Of a stretch of DNA of 64,000 bases, positions 22,456 through 37,400 are shown piece after piece (within the stretch, counting starts at the first letter, position 1; each line of letters starts with the position of its first letter). The notes below the pieces were generated by a model. The model had not been told where the DNA came from. It saw only the letters and a program-made list of their open reading frames with translations, and made no database searches. The position numbers and the translations under genes were made by a program. Source of the stretch: Phoronis australis (lineage: Eukaryota > Animalia > Phoronida); assembly GCA_002633005.1 (NCBI GenBank), contig NMRA01000044.1:338594-402593 (forward strand). The letters are read 5' to 3'.

Positions 22456-25400
22456 ATGTTGTTTCCTGGTTACCAGTGTACCCTGTTCGTATTCGTAGCC
22501 GTAATAGGATACTCGAGAGGCAACATGAACCTTTATATGGGGGCACAAGACACATTCCGATTGCTTGGTAAGTGAATAGATTCTGTCTCACTCTCACTGT
22601 CTGGACCGTGGATGTTTAACGTTTGTCTTGCCACTGGTTTCATTGATGGCAAGGTTCACTGCAGTTACATTAGACTGTTGATTGAGACAGCTGAGCGTGT
22701 TGTTCTAGAATTTGCCACGGATAATTCTTAGCTCTACCACAGCACTACGACCATCACTACTGCAATTTTAATTGCTGGATGGCATTTCCTTATCTTGAAT
22801 TAGGTACTCAGCCTCAAAGCAAGCAAGTTCCCATGCGTGTGGTTTTCATTACATCATGATGTTGACAGGCAGTGCCTCTTCATGTCGATTCCTTCTTTAT
22901 TAGAACTAACCATAGAATGACGACTTCTTGGGAGCTGCTTCAAGACAATACAAAACTAAATATCAAACCGTTGACCCTTTGCTTCTGTTTCTGTTGTGAT
23001 CAGTGATAATAATGATAGTAATAATAATTCACGTTTGCTGGCAATTTCAAATAAAGTCACCGTAGTGATGGTCAGATAAACTACAGGTTAATTTAAAAGG
23101 AGTTGTTCTTTATGTTCCAGCATTGCCTTATCTATAAGATGTCTCATCGTATACCTGTTCAGTGTTGTGGGTCAATCACTGATTTTGATGTTTAGTTATG
23201 AAAATTATGCCGCTGCCTACTATGCCTATTCAGTATCTTAACCACTCATAATAATATGTGGTAAATAAATCATTAAAATGCACAAGTGCCGGTCTAAGTA
23301 TTCACTTTACAGCCAGTTCAATAAGGCACAAGGTCCGATTTGTATTCTTTAAAAATTATTCCTGGCAGCTAAAGCACTAGTCTTGGTGCAAACTCGTGTA
23401 TTTATATATTTAGCCATTCAATCGTATGCAGTTAAATTAGCTGTTACTAAAGCACAAGCTTAATTTTAAAGGGTCTAACCAGAATTCTGAACCCAAGATT
23501 TCTTTATCAGTTCTAGGTCATGTTATATCTATAGGTTTAGTCTAACATTTCCCACTATGTACTATTAGTTAATGTAATGACATGTTTTGAACTTCAAAGT
23601 GTAGGTACATTTATTAATGTCTGTACTACCCAACCCCTAGTAATCATCTTGGCAATAAACAAAATATGATGCCATATTGACTATGAGTGGTATAGAGTCT
23701 GAGGGTGATGTTTATTTACATTTATCGCATTTATTTTGACTAAGATTTGAGGGGTTATCTGCTAAACCACACAAGATGTTCTATCAATATTAATTTCTTA
23801 GGGCATTTAAGATTAAGGACTAGCTGCTAAAAGGCCTGTATCATGGAATGGGCATCTTGATCGTTAGAGAACATTTTGCATAACATTGACCAAAAATGTA
23901 AAATGGATGATTAGGTTAGATCTGGCGAGACTTTGGTCATATCCGAGACCCAACATAGTTCGTACAGGGTGCACAATTTCATTAATTAAAAGTAGTACTA
24001 GTTATTGAATGTTTTTGTTGATAGAAATTTCTGAACCAAACAGCAATGTGTCACAAAAACTCACTTTATTGCTGACGTTTAAAGGTACGAGTTAAGTGAG
24101 CAATCAGTCAGCCTGGCTTGTGCGTTATCACAGAAGTGCCAAATCTCTTATGAAATTTAGTGGAAGTAATCCTGTTTTTCTTTCTGCTAAAATTTTATGC
24201 GGGGAAAATTTTTGCATTATAAACGATTAACTGGGTACGTATTGTGAATACCACCAAATTTGCTCGTATTAATTCTGGGACATTTCATTAATGAGTTGGC
24301 ATGGTTTGTTAAGTCAATCCGATCATATCTGCAATATAAACCCACTGCTGTTGATGCATGCACTGTCTGGTTCTTATTCCAATGTCTGCCAGTATGAGCC
24401 ACAAAAACACTGGTATTCTGGCAGTCAGCAGGAATTCTTGGGGGCACGGCCATTTATGAGTTTAATCCTGTTAATGTTTTCCCTTAAATATTAAAACTTT
24501 TTTCAAGTTTTGCTTTATTTTATCAAATAAGGTAATCCAATTTTAATCTAGTGACTTCAAATCATTTGGGAAATGTACAATGAAATTGCAAAAGCATGAT
24601 ATAAATACTAGACTAAGATGTTACAATCTAGTTTCATTCATTAGATTTTTGGTTTTAATTATTGTACTTGCCACTGTAGATGTCAAACCTAAAGTTGATC
24701 TTCATTTATTACAGTGTTATCACAAAATCACATAAATCTTACGCTTGTCAGTTCTAGTTAGACTCAGCATTCCATGGATTCAATCAATTCTAGCGATTAA
24801 TGAAGTCCCATTCAACCAATGTCAAAAAACATTTATGCCTGAACGGGCAGCTGCATGGCGATTCATAATTCACAATGTCATATGTGATCAATATGTAAAT
24901 AATGTGCTCCCCCTCCATGGCTCGGACCATGAAAGGTGCATTTATGTTCTCTGAACCTGGTAATGAGCGTGTCATTTTATGACTTAGGGTCATTTCTGTT
25001 TGCATTGAGAAACATTCAGTGTGAATTTAATGTGAATCTGGACAGGGACAGCCAGTGTAACATTCTGACAAGCTATTTTGAAGGAGACTTGCCTATTTTT
25101 TGAGTCGAGGATTTGGAACAGTTAAATCTAGCTTTATGGATGGAATGGTTTTTAATCAATGTCACCAATCTGAATCTTTATTTATATTGCATTTTTGGGC
25201 AAACTACTAGGCTCTATTCTTTAAAGCAGACATTTTGCAACATTTAAAGTGCAGGCACTACATTATCTGCTTCGGAAACATTGTAACCTTAACATGAAAC
25301 GCTCTGATATTAAGACTTTCTCATGTGATTACGTATCATTTTCTTCACATAGCGTTTTTTCAAATTTCTTCCCTTTACTTTTGTCAGTAAGTAATGGACT

Positions 25401-28400
25401 CCCTGAAGAATGGTCAACGGTACCTCCTGTCAAAATTTTACGCTTGCATAGGATCTTCAATAGGCATATTTATTGCAATTCACCATCTGCCTCAAGGCAG
25501 ACCGTGTCTTTTTAAATCCGTTTGGAGACTAGGCGTCCATTACAAAAGGGTTATTATTTCATGACTGGCTGAGCATTGGAACCCTAATTTTTTCAATCCT
25601 TATGAGTCCTCATTCAAAAGGGTTTCTCTGATCTGAGCACGCAAAGTAGCCAACTCCTAGAAAGGTTACACCGTCCTTCAAACATGGCTAAGTTGATAAC
25701 AAACAAGAAAGTTTAGCCTTTGATTGCTAAAGTCACTTATACTTGGTATGTTGAATTTAAGCTAACAAAGAAGAATATTGAACGGGCTAGTGTTTCAATG
25801 CCATCACTGCATTGGGGTCTAAATCTCTCATTTGTTGGGAACATAATTCGAGCCTCCGCTCATCCGTTGAACTGTTGTTGCGTTTCTCAAGAAGGGGTTG
25901 GAGGGTACACGGGACATGTTGCAGCCTTTCCAATGGGCGTCTTTCACAACCAACTTCTCTTCAAAAGGGTGTCTTCCCTGATAAATTTTGCTACAAAAGA
26001 GCTGTCTATGGGAAATACCTTTTCCAACTGAATAACTCTAGAGAAAGTTTTTATCTATATTTTTTCATCTCTTGCAAAAGATATTTATCCATTTTTAACA
26101 ACATGGCATCTGTTCTTGTATTGCTACAAGCTTAATCATGTAAAAATCATCTGTCCGAGAATAACTACAGAAGGTTAGCCTTAATGGATTCAACCCCTAC
26201 GAAAGGGTGACTTTTCGTGTAAAGTCCCTCCAAATGGGTCCCCCTTTTTGAGTCCACTCTCTTAAGGGTATCCTAAATTTCAGGTTTCCCCCATCAAAGA
26301 TATAGTCGAGTATCCCCCGCCCTGTCTACAACAATCGTTTGGTAACTGATGCCCACCCATTGAGCAGACTCTTCACAACTTGGCATGATCAACCAATTTA
26401 GGAGGTCGCATCTTGTTAATTAGTTGACTCTAAAATTCAAAAGCATATTCTTTAGTGACACTTTCTGAATTTGAAGTCTCAAATCAAAACAAACTGCTGT
26501 TGTTGCATGTACGTTTTCTTGTCTGCTACAAAGTTCATTTTATGTAATAAACGGAAAGTTAACTTTTGTACCCAGTTGTTTGGAAGGCTAGGAATATCAA
26601 TTGAATATATTCAAAATGTTATAGTTGATTTGCATTCTAATCTATGGTAACTGGTCATCATTTACATAACTTATGCATCTGGTTCTAGTGTGCTTGGGAC
26701 ACCGGAAGGATGAGCTTGAATTACTCGTTAGCAAAGTCAATTAGTAATGAGATATAGAGCTGCTTCAATGATCCCTGTATCTGAGTTTCCACAGTCTAAA
26801 CGTAGTTGCCGAATACAATTTTGAATTGATCGACGAACAGAGTGCAAATAAAAAATCACTGAGTCAATCAAGCTGTCTCGAGTTTCAGTTATCTCCTTCA
26901 ACTTCTCTTGTTGAAAAGTCAAAGGCTGGGCTGCAAACAATTTCTGCATTTCCTCGCGTACACAATTGTTTAATGTACACCATTGGCCCTTTCATACTAT
27001 GGTATGAAAGGAAAGTTGACGTAAACTGCAAAGTTGCTGAAGCGTTTATACCGGCTTTGGTTGTTAATGAACATTGAATTAAACTGTTGGTAAAGCTGTC
27101 GTCATCGAAGTTATCAAGATAACAGTGGCTCCCCCTGCTGATAACTTCGATGAGACAACATTTGACTGTCTATACCATGCCGAAGCATCGAGGTGCTACA
27201 ATTAAACCCACTGGCGTTGTTACCTTTGATCCAAGACCAAAATTAACCGTTCATACTGACCGCAACTCTACTTACTGTACCTGTATCAAAGATCATGATT
27301 GGTTTCAATGTATATAATTTGATTTGATTTCAAGTTTGATTTGAATTTTAGTCACCTTGTTAGCCAAACCCTGGTCCAGCAACTTTATGGTTTACAGCCA
27401 GCTCGTAGAGATTTTATTGATTTATGAAAGTTGTACCCATCAAACTTCTTCATCATCACTGATATTGTTTTGTAATAAAAAGCTGACAGTATACAATTTA
27501 TGTTAAAGTTTCTCTGTTGAATGTGTCAACCAAGTCTCCTGCTATTTGTTCCGGTGTTCCCAAATCTATTTCATCAACACACCGACTGAAGTGCTTTAAC
27601 AAAACCCACTCCAACTTGGAAAGATTCCAATGCAAAGTCAACTTACAATGTTTAATAGTTATATAATACCTTTATGCAGCATTAAAGTGAACTTTTGTAA
27701 ACATCTAGTTTCTCAATATTTTCCTAACTGCAGACAACAAGCAAATTTCTGTCAATAGCAACTGCGCAGCTTACCTAAAAACTGAGTGCTTATAGCCACA
27801 AGCAAAAAATGTCACTTAGTGGAAATACAATCTTAGTATTTAGGCTAAGCTAGGAGACCTTTAAGTTAAACACTGGTTAAATATTGAAAATGGCCTTTCT
27901 TGTGTTGTCCTGTAGAAGACTATTGACTACTTGTTGATGCAGTGTTTTACTTGTACAGTCTTCTTTCTAGTAAATGCTTGGCTTGCAGCTGAAGCTTAAT
28001 CATACCAGTGGGCAAATCTGAAAGATACACACTTCTCCTTTATTGTAGGGGGTACAGGGGGGCTCTCCATACAATGGCTTGTGAGTCAATTATGGGAGAA
28101 AAGTAATAATACTAATTCTGATGGGTTTTGAAAGCTTTCAGACGTTGTCCAGGGTTTTAGTTTTTCTTCATCCCAGCGTGAGCGTCTATCCCAAGGGTCC
28201 AGTGTTGATCTAATCATCTGTCACAGCTTTTAGGGAAGTCTGTGGTGAATGAGGCCTGATGGACTCAACAGGGAGAAGAGAGCCAATTGTCCTGGAGGGC
28301 TAATCTAATACTGTCTGATACCACTTGAAACTTGCATAATGTGCAACCTCACCTACTTTTTCTTGGGACTGTGGATCTGGGAATTAAAAATTCATAGCAA

Positions 28401-31400
28401 CTCGGAATTTGTAATTGTGAACATTAGAATTTAGTTAACTAACTACTTACTGAATGTTTTGTTGTCGTGAGTGTATGATGGTTCTTTCGCTTTGCCATTG
28501 TTTTTTAGCATTGGTTATTTTTAAAATCTAGATGAAATGTGTATCATAGCATTTGTTTACATTTCTCAGTTCCAATGTGAAGATAGAACTATCTTGTAGT
28601 TTTCAATTGGCACGCCTCAGTGCAGAAATTCAAGTAGTCAATGTTTATTCAGTGGCACATAAATAATAAGCATGTACTATATCCAATCTCGTAGATTATT
28701 CCTTATTTGAATATTCTTATTTGCATATGTAATAGCCAATGAGAGAAAAGTATTTCATGTTGACGAATATTCTTTGGAGTGTGCCGGTTTTCATTAGCTG
28801 ACATTAGCTCAATTTGCCCATTTGGCTAACATTGACCAAGCGCTTTATTAGTCATAATCTACACTGACTGAACAGTTTTGACCTAGTTCTAATTAGTCAA
28901 TATATCCCAAGCTGATAGATCTGTTGGTGGAATCTTAAACGGTCTACCAGCAGCAGATTGGGCTCCAATTCACAATTAACCTATTACGAGGCTGGATAGG
29001 TAATTAGTGATTATACATAACCAGTATGTATAAATATTGAAGACCCAACTTTTCCTTTCGGTTTTGTTAAGAAGGCACATCCCAAAATCAACCCCTGAGC
29101 CCCTTGTCTAAATATTTTAAGCCCTTTTTCCTGAATGGCTTCTGGATTCGAGTTGAAAACTGCTCCTAAACCAACCACTGTCCTGTGGTACCCTAAGCTT
29201 TTCCCCTTTACAGTGAAAGTTGGTTTTCTGAAATGTGTGTCTGGCTCATTGTCACCTTTTTTGGGTGTGCTGTGACTGTTACCCCACTCTCTCAACTTCC
29301 CTCTAGATTGGTGTTGTCTAGGCATTCATTCTGAGTATGAAGGTTGAGTTGAGTTGATGAGTGCGACTGCCCCTAAGGGTTTTTATCATTGGTTCCAACA
29401 TTTTTTCTGTCTTAATCTCCAAAGATAACAAAGATGCTGTTACAGCCAAGTCGAACCTGACCTGGGGGTACTACCGTGACAGACAGGATGTGACTTTTTC
29501 GTGTCCTACGAAAGGGTGTCAATTCTGACAAAATTTCCTAGGAGAGGATACCTTTTTCTGCAAAATTCCATATAAAGGCTATCTTTTTGTTAGTTCAAAA
29601 CTCCATTCCTTTTTTCAAGTACACAAATCTCCGTAAGAGTTCTGTATTTTTAAATTCTAGGTTGCAAAAGATACACTTATTTTTGACGTATGCCATCTCG
29701 TCTTGTACTGCTTCTGGCCAAGAATCCCGAATGATCAGATTTATGGAATTAAACCAGAGTTACAAAGGGGTTGAACAAATCCCTGTGAAAGAATTACTTT
29801 TTTGTGGAAGCCCCGTTCAGCTTCCCAAAAATGGGATCTGATTTCGAGTCCACTCTCTTAATGGATGGGTATCATAACTTTCTGTATGCAGCCCCCTTCA
29901 AAATTTGGCCGAGTGGACCAGTCTTAGTTACCTATCTGATGTTACAATATGATCTAATAAGTGGAGGACAGCCTATATGAGAGAAATTGAACTCTTCACT
30001 TTACATCATGTTTTCAGTAAGACAGTGTGAGGCTCAAATCAGGTGGTATCCGGTAACACCATCTGTAGTCCTGCTTTGCAAATCCATGTTGTCCACTCGA
30101 AAGAGACATTTGATTTGTATCTTACTTTCACTTTAGCTGCACAAATGACAGATTGAGACCTCCAAAATAAGTTAGTTGATCACCTTTTGTTCAAACTGTA
30201 TATCCCCTGTTTTTTGGTCACTGTTCTTACTGGGTTATGTCTCGGTTTTGTTTTGTCATCATACTAACAGGGTACAACAAAAAGCTTGTTGCCTTTTAAA
30301 GATGCAGTTTTCACTCGCAAACTTTACTCAACCAAACTTTCAAATTTGGACAGGTTGCCAAACACAACCAAACTCTGAATTTGGCTGTGCATGCAAAGAA
30401 AAGTTTGGAGGAGTTTGCAAACTACAGGTGAGGCCAACATTTCATCTGATGCAGACATTTCACCTGATGCAAATGAAATTTTGTTTGTATCTGACATACA
30501 ATAGTCATTGGTTGTTATGCACAAAGTGTCGGTTTATGGTGGAATGAGCTGGGTTATCTTCTCTGCCAAAAATCTCATTCAGAGGTAAAAATTCTTGGTA
30601 AACCGTATGACTGGCAGTAGCATTGTGGCAGTGGTGATAAGAGTGGCGATTTTGTTGCCAAAAAAAAGTAGGATTGAGTATCCCCGGGTTGATCAGAATC
30701 AGTTGGTCACACGGTGTGCCTTTGTGTGAATATTTGCCAAGCATGTAACCCTTCTACTTTGACTAGAATCTAGTGTGACCCTGAAAACGCTGACATTCGT
30801 GTGATTCACTGCAGCGTAAATCTCATCAGTGAAGTCTAGCTGCAATGATTTAATTTAAGACTTCTGCCAAACATATTTTAGGGTGCTAAATGAAGGGTGG
30901 CTCTTGCCAGTATGGCATGTCTGGCTGAATGAGTGTTGCCATCTTGTGGCGGAGGTCAACGTTCATTCTAGACTAAGAGTGATACTACAGGGAGTTTTCG
31001 CTAGCTGCCCCATCACAAATGTACACCCATGGGTTTACGTTTGCAAAAGTTTCCAAAATTTAGGCCCATGGACCTACATTTGGAGCTAGAATTCTAATTT
31101 TTCAGATTTCATAGTGTTTCAAAGAATGAACAATGCAATCAACCAGTCACCACCTATTTCATGAAACGTTTTTGCTTTATGTTTTTAAAGTCTTTCTGTA
31201 TCATACCATATGAAATTGCTTTGAGAATTTGTCTGCATTCTCAACAATGGGCTTTGAAAAATGAAAAAATACAAATTTTGGCGATTGTTTTGGTCCGAAA
31301 TTGGTGAGGTTTTATCATACCATATGCTGTGTATGTTATGAATGTACTATTAGCATGTTCTTTAACATACATGTTTTTGTCACATTTAGGAGTTTTAACT

Positions 31401-34400
31401 CTTGAATTAGAGCTCTTAAAAGATTACCAGTTCTATTGAATATGGAATTGTGTGGTGAAGCAACCTGAATATTTGTTGGAAAGACTTAAGAAGGTTCCGT
31501 TGTTGAATCCATTGGCCTGTCGCGGTGTTCTTTGTTGACATTTAGAATGAAATGTCACCTTGATATGGCAAACAGTTTTTAATGAGATCAATGAACAAAT
31601 ACCTTTCAGCGGTGAGTGATGTGTTTTCTGAATAAAATGAGTGTGGTTAAAATCAAAGCCAGGCAGTAATGTCCCCATGCAGTGATTTAAAGATCTGCGG
31701 TGCCTGGACATCTAATTACTTTCTGTGAGATAAAAAGCAAGGTAGATTTCTGTCCCCCTTCCCTTGTTATTGTCACCGTGGTGCTTAGCGCTAACCCACA
31801 GCTGTAATTTTCCCCAGGTTTATTTGAAAAAACCTCACATGACCTGCTGGTTTTCCACATGTGTGGCTTTAGACCTTATGCGAGGTTATGCAACAAAATG
31901 GTGATTTTGTCCAACTTTTCTGATAACTTTGTAAACCCATTAGGTGTTCAATACAAATTGTCCTGGTACAGAGTTTGAGTTGGTATAACACCTCCCTTGT
32001 GTGATATGCAGATTGAGGATTACAAGAAGTTTATACGGAACAAATCATTCCATCCACACGATTTCTGTTCACATTTGTCTTACGGTGCTACCAGAGCTAC
32101 TACTATGAATGATCTCAACTATGATTTGGAAAATCAAGTGGTCAGGCCTTTAAAATGCATTTCAAACTTCTACTCTTTATTCAAGCAGGCAATTCAGGAA
32201 TTTTGCAAAAGCTGAAAGCTCGACATTTGGTTTTGTATCGTTGTTCTCAGAAGGTGTTGACATCCTGGTTTCTTTGATTGTGGGTGGGACCTGTTACACT
32301 TTTTTATGTGAAAACTGATTTTTAAGCACGATTATACCTATATCCACAGTTAGACTAATTTCATTTTGAAATATGCACCAGCAGTCAGTCTACTTCTTTT
32401 AACATAATATAAAACATCCAAGAAAGGTTTATCAACAGTGCCATCTGTTGGCTAACCTGATAGGCCACTTTCCCAGTTTCTGCTTGGTTTGAGCAGTAGT
32501 TAGTGGTATAGTAAGAAGCTGGGTGAACTAATGATGTTACACGCGCATGAATTAGTAGCTCTCATCAGGAAATGAGGTGAAAATATGTCTTATTGGAACC
32601 CAATAAGACAGGCTTTTAATTAGCTTTCCAGTGCCGCGCAGACCAATATCGAGTTTGATGCCATTGATTTTCAAGCTGCGACTTAGTAAGAGTTTACAGT
32701 TGTCCTTGATTGTAACTGTTTAGTTTAGTTTCCGATCAGTTGCTCCAATGGTCAATAAAATCTAACCTATGTAGGATGTAATGTGTTCAAGCGAAGTTTA
32801 TTTTCACACTTTTCCATAAAAATCCCCAAATTAATGCATAAGGGTTCTGTACCTTAGGTACTACTGGACTGTGTCTTGAAGGTTTTGTGAGCGCTTGATT
32901 GACAGCAATTTCAGATAATGCCCTTGAATAATGAAAATGGTCAATTTTGGCAAGACACTCCTGTGTACTAGTAGTAGTGTAAGCGCTGCTTGCACTGTGT
33001 CAACTAAACATGTATGTGTGACAATTTAGCCCACCTTATTGATGTAAGATACCTTTTCCTGGATGACTTGCACTGATAACTTGCCCCAGTGCAAGTTTGG
33101 ATGCAAACCTACAGACAAGGCAGAAGTAATTAACAGCTGTGCGCTGTTCGCTCAATTACACACATAAGTGTCTCTAATAAATTTTGCGGCCATATTTGTT
33201 GCATGGTGTAGGGTAACTTGTAGTGAGGACAGGACTTTATATTCAAGTATGTTGATAAAGAGTGCCTAGCTAGTGTGTGGCAAAATCTTGCCAATTTCAC
33301 ACAAAAACAATTGCCAAAATTGATCGCTTTTCAATTTTTAAAGGCTTCTAGTATTGTTGTGATTTCCCAGAATTTTTCAAAACATTGTCTAACAGTGGTT
33401 ACATTGTAAAACTTATAAATGATGGAATATTTATTTGGTGCTACTTATTTTTCTTGAGACAAATATATACAAAAATGTCACTTGTCAGTCACAATGTGGG
33501 TTCCAAGATTGTGTCATTTGTCAGGTTTTTGTTTATATTGTAGTTCAAGAGATTACTATCTTGTCTCATTGGTTTCATTCATGTCTTCAGCTGCTTCTGG
33601 CTATGTCTGGCTTATGTCAATAAAATATTTAAATTCATCTCACCCTTGTCAGAGCTTGTTAGTCTAACTGTCCTCTATCCAACATGAATCAAATTAGTGA
33701 GATGATATCAAATATATGATGTTAGGTAATTTATGAATTAGTTTTTATGAAGAAAATGTTTCGTGGTTTACATCGTTAGCTGATTTCAGGAAACACGACA
33801 ACCCAACTTGTGTCCTTGAGTTGTAAAATAAGTTAGAAAAATCATTTCATATTGAATATGTTTATTGCTTTTTCAACATTACTGGTCAAAAATACCAGAC
33901 TTGGCATGCAGTAATAATTTGAAATAATATAAATTGCTCATGTGTCATTTTCCTTTTTCATGAGCTCATTGCATTGCTACTGAAAAACCTCACAATTTCA
34001 CCGTCGTCTTGACGACAAACTGTGTAATTAAGAATCAAGTAAAAGTTCTTTCCTCATGTTTTAAGAAATTTGATAACATCGAATTTCAATGTTCAGTCAT
34101 ACTATGTTCAGTCATACTATGGTCTAAGTTGAAGAAACTGTTGCTCTCTTGCGGGGGGGGGGGGGGCTGCCCTAGGAGCAGCTCAAGTTTAATCCGATGT
34201 CTTCCTTCAGAGTGTCAAGCTTCCCATTCCAAACATGTTCCATCCTGTGATGAGAAAGTGCAACAGAAGATCAACACAGTCCTCCACTGGGGATTATGCA
34301 CCATTACTCATGTTGTGTTTATATGTGGGGGTCTCTGAGTCAACCCCTGTTGTCACAAACTCCTTGGATGTCTTTGTGGCTTTTCCTTGACTGTTTTGAT

Positions 34401-37400
34401 AGAACACAAACCCCTCACTGCTTGGTGGCTGTGGTGATTGAGAAAAGAGAGACATGGATTGGGTTTTATAAACAGTGGCTCTGTTCTTTCTCATTTTTGT
34501 AAGGGCATTTGGTTTGCTGATGGCAAGCATACCAAGTTATGATGGTTTTGCTGCATTCTGTGCTAAAATTATTCATTGGCAATTTATACGCTTTTAATAG
34601 TACACATATAAAAAGAGAAAACTGTCAACTGTTGGGTGATGGGAAAGCCAGGCAGCTTAAGTTGTAAAAAATGAATCATTGTTTAGGTTTATTTTTGTTC
34701 CTTTTGTTTAAACTATAACAGTGCATTATGAGTTTTGACATGTGTTGAGAAGATATAGAAGACATTGAATTGTTTTACATGGCATATCCACTTAATGATG
34801 AAGGTAGCAGTGACTGGTCAATAGAATATTTTGNNNNNNNNNNNNNNNNNNNNNNNNNNNNNNNNNNNNNNNNNNNNNNNNNNNNNNNNNNNNNNNNNNN
34901 NNNNNNNNNNNNNNNNNNNNNNNNNNNNNNNNNNNNNNNNNNNNNNNNNNNNNNNNNNNNNNNNNNNNNNNNNNNNNNNNNNNNNNNNNNNNNNNNNNNN
35001 NNNNNNNNNNNNNNNNNNNNNNNNNNNNNNNNNNNNNNNNNNNNNNNNNNNNNNNNNNNNNNNNNNNNNNNNNNNNNNNNNNNNNNNNACAAGGCAGAAG
35101 TAATTAACAGCTGTGCGCTGCTCGCTCAATTACACACATAAGTGTCTCTAATAAATTTTGCGGCCATATTTGTTGCATGGTGTAGGGTAACTTGTAGTGA
35201 GGACAGGACTTTATATTCAAGTATTTTGATAAAGAGTGCCTAGCTAGTGTGTGGCAAAATCTCGCCAATTTCACACAAAAACAATTGCCAAAATTGATCG
35301 CTTTTCAATTTTCAAAGGCTTCGAGTATTGTTGTGAAGTCCCAGAATTTTTCAAAACACTGTCTAACAGTGGTTACATTGTAAAACTTATAAATGATGGA
35401 ATATTTATTTGGTGGTACTTATTTTTCTTGAGACAAATATATACAAAAATGTCACTTGTCAGTCACAATGTGGGTTCCAAGATTGTGTCATTTGTCAGGT
35501 TTTTGTTTATGTTGTAGTTCAAGAGATTACTATCTTGTCTCATTGGTTTCATTCATGTCTTCAGCAGCTTCTGGCTATGTCTGGCTTATGTCAATAAAAT
35601 ATTTAAATTCATCTCACCCTTGTCAGAGCTTGTTAGTCTAACTGTCCTCTATCCAACATGAATCAAATTAGTGAGATGATATCAAGTATATGATGTTAGG
35701 TAATTTATGAATTGGTTTTTATGTAGAAAATGTGTCATGGTTTACATCGTCTGCTGATTTCAGGAAACACGAACGGCAACCCAACTTGTGTCCTTGAGTT
35801 GTAAAATAAGTTAGAAAAATCATTTCATATTCAATATTTTTACTGCTTTTTCAACATTACTGGTCAAAAATACCAGACTTGGCATGCAGTATTAATTTGA
35901 AATAATATAAATTGCTCGTGTGTCATTTTCCTTTTTCATGAGCTCATTGCATTGCTACTGAAAAACCTCACAATTTCACCGTCGTCTTGACGACAAACTG
36001 TGTAATTAAGAATCAAGTAAAAGTCCTTTCCTCATGTTTTAAGAAATTTGATAACATCAAATTTCAATGTTCATCCTTACTATGGTCTAAGTTGAAGAAA
36101 CTGTTCCTCTCTTGCAGGGGGAGGGGGGGGGGTTGCCGTAGGAGCAGCTCAAGTTTAATCCAATGTCTTCCTTCAGAGTGTCAAGCTTCCCATTCCAAAC
36201 ATGTTCCATCCTGTGATGAGAAAGTGCAACAGAAGATCAACACAGTCCTCCACTGGGGATTATGCACCATTACTCATGTTGTGTTTATATGTGGGGGTCT
36301 CTGAGTCAACCCCTGTTGTCACAAACTACTTGGATGTCTTTGTGGCTTTCCCTGGACTGTTTTGATAGAACACAAACCCCTCACTGCTTGGTGGCTGTGG
36401 TGATTGAGAAAAGAGAGACATGGATTGGGTTTTATAAACAGTGGCTCTGTTCTTTCTCATTTTTGTAAGGGCATTTGGTTTGCTGATGGCAAGCATACCA
36501 AGTTATGATGGTTTTGCTGCATTGTGGGCTAAAATTATTCATTGGCAATTTATACGCTTTTAATAGTACACATATAAAAAGAGAAAACTGGCAACTGTTG
36601 GGTGATGGGAAAGCCAGGCAGCTTAAGTTGTAAAAAATGAATCATTGTTTAGGTTTATTTTTGTTCCTTTTGTTTAAACTATAATAGTGCATTATGAGTT
36701 TTGACATGTGTTGAGAAGATATAGAAGACATTGAATTGTTTTACATGGCATATCCACTTAATGATGAAGGTAGCAGTGACTGGTCAATAGAATATTTTGT
36801 GTCTTTGATGTTGCTCTTGAGCTTTTTTAAAACTAAAACGTCTCAGTTTACGTCACATCAGACTAGTTGAGGGCTCTGGAATATACTGGCTTTCACACTA
36901 CCCAACTTTTCTGTTCTAAGAAGCAAAAGAACCCCAGGCATGAAATTGTGCAAAAAAATCCTTGTGCATTTGTGTAATTGGTTCTGGGGTGAAGGGAGTG
37001 GCTCATTGTAAGAGACATCAACATTTCGAAAGGAATCATCTTTTTAGAAAAAGTATACCTTTTGTGATCTTGTGAGAATACTGAAATGCGCATTGTCCTT
37101 TGCATGTTTCCTTTGATGAAATTAGACCAAGGGAACCTGATCACCTATTGATGGTTTTCATTAACTAATGGACTGGCTAGTTCACTTGAATGCTGATGTG
37201 TATAAACATTTTAGTGTAGAACATGGTTCAACTGAGTGAGGGTGAGATGCTGAGTTTGCTAACCAATGCAGACATTCACATGTTTATTGCTGGGGTAAAG
37301 GCAACAAGTATTCCTAGGCGCTGAGTTTGTCAATTCAAGCCTGGTACAGAATTAGAAAAAAGCCCAAGCACCATTTTGACACTTCTATGGATACCCACCC

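Noticed and set aside
22163-22597. 144-aa minus-strand ORF and other ORFs overlapping RYK exon 1
   Set aside because: Antisense or out-of-frame shadows; the spliced frame starting at 22456 explains the region.
30795-30832. CTGATGA followed by a 7-bp hairpin on the minus strand (hammerhead-like)
   Set aside because: The GAAA core does not follow stem II and stems I/III were not found.
34770-35141. Long ORFs across N runs (also 60818-61678)
   Set aside because: Artifacts of assembly gaps.
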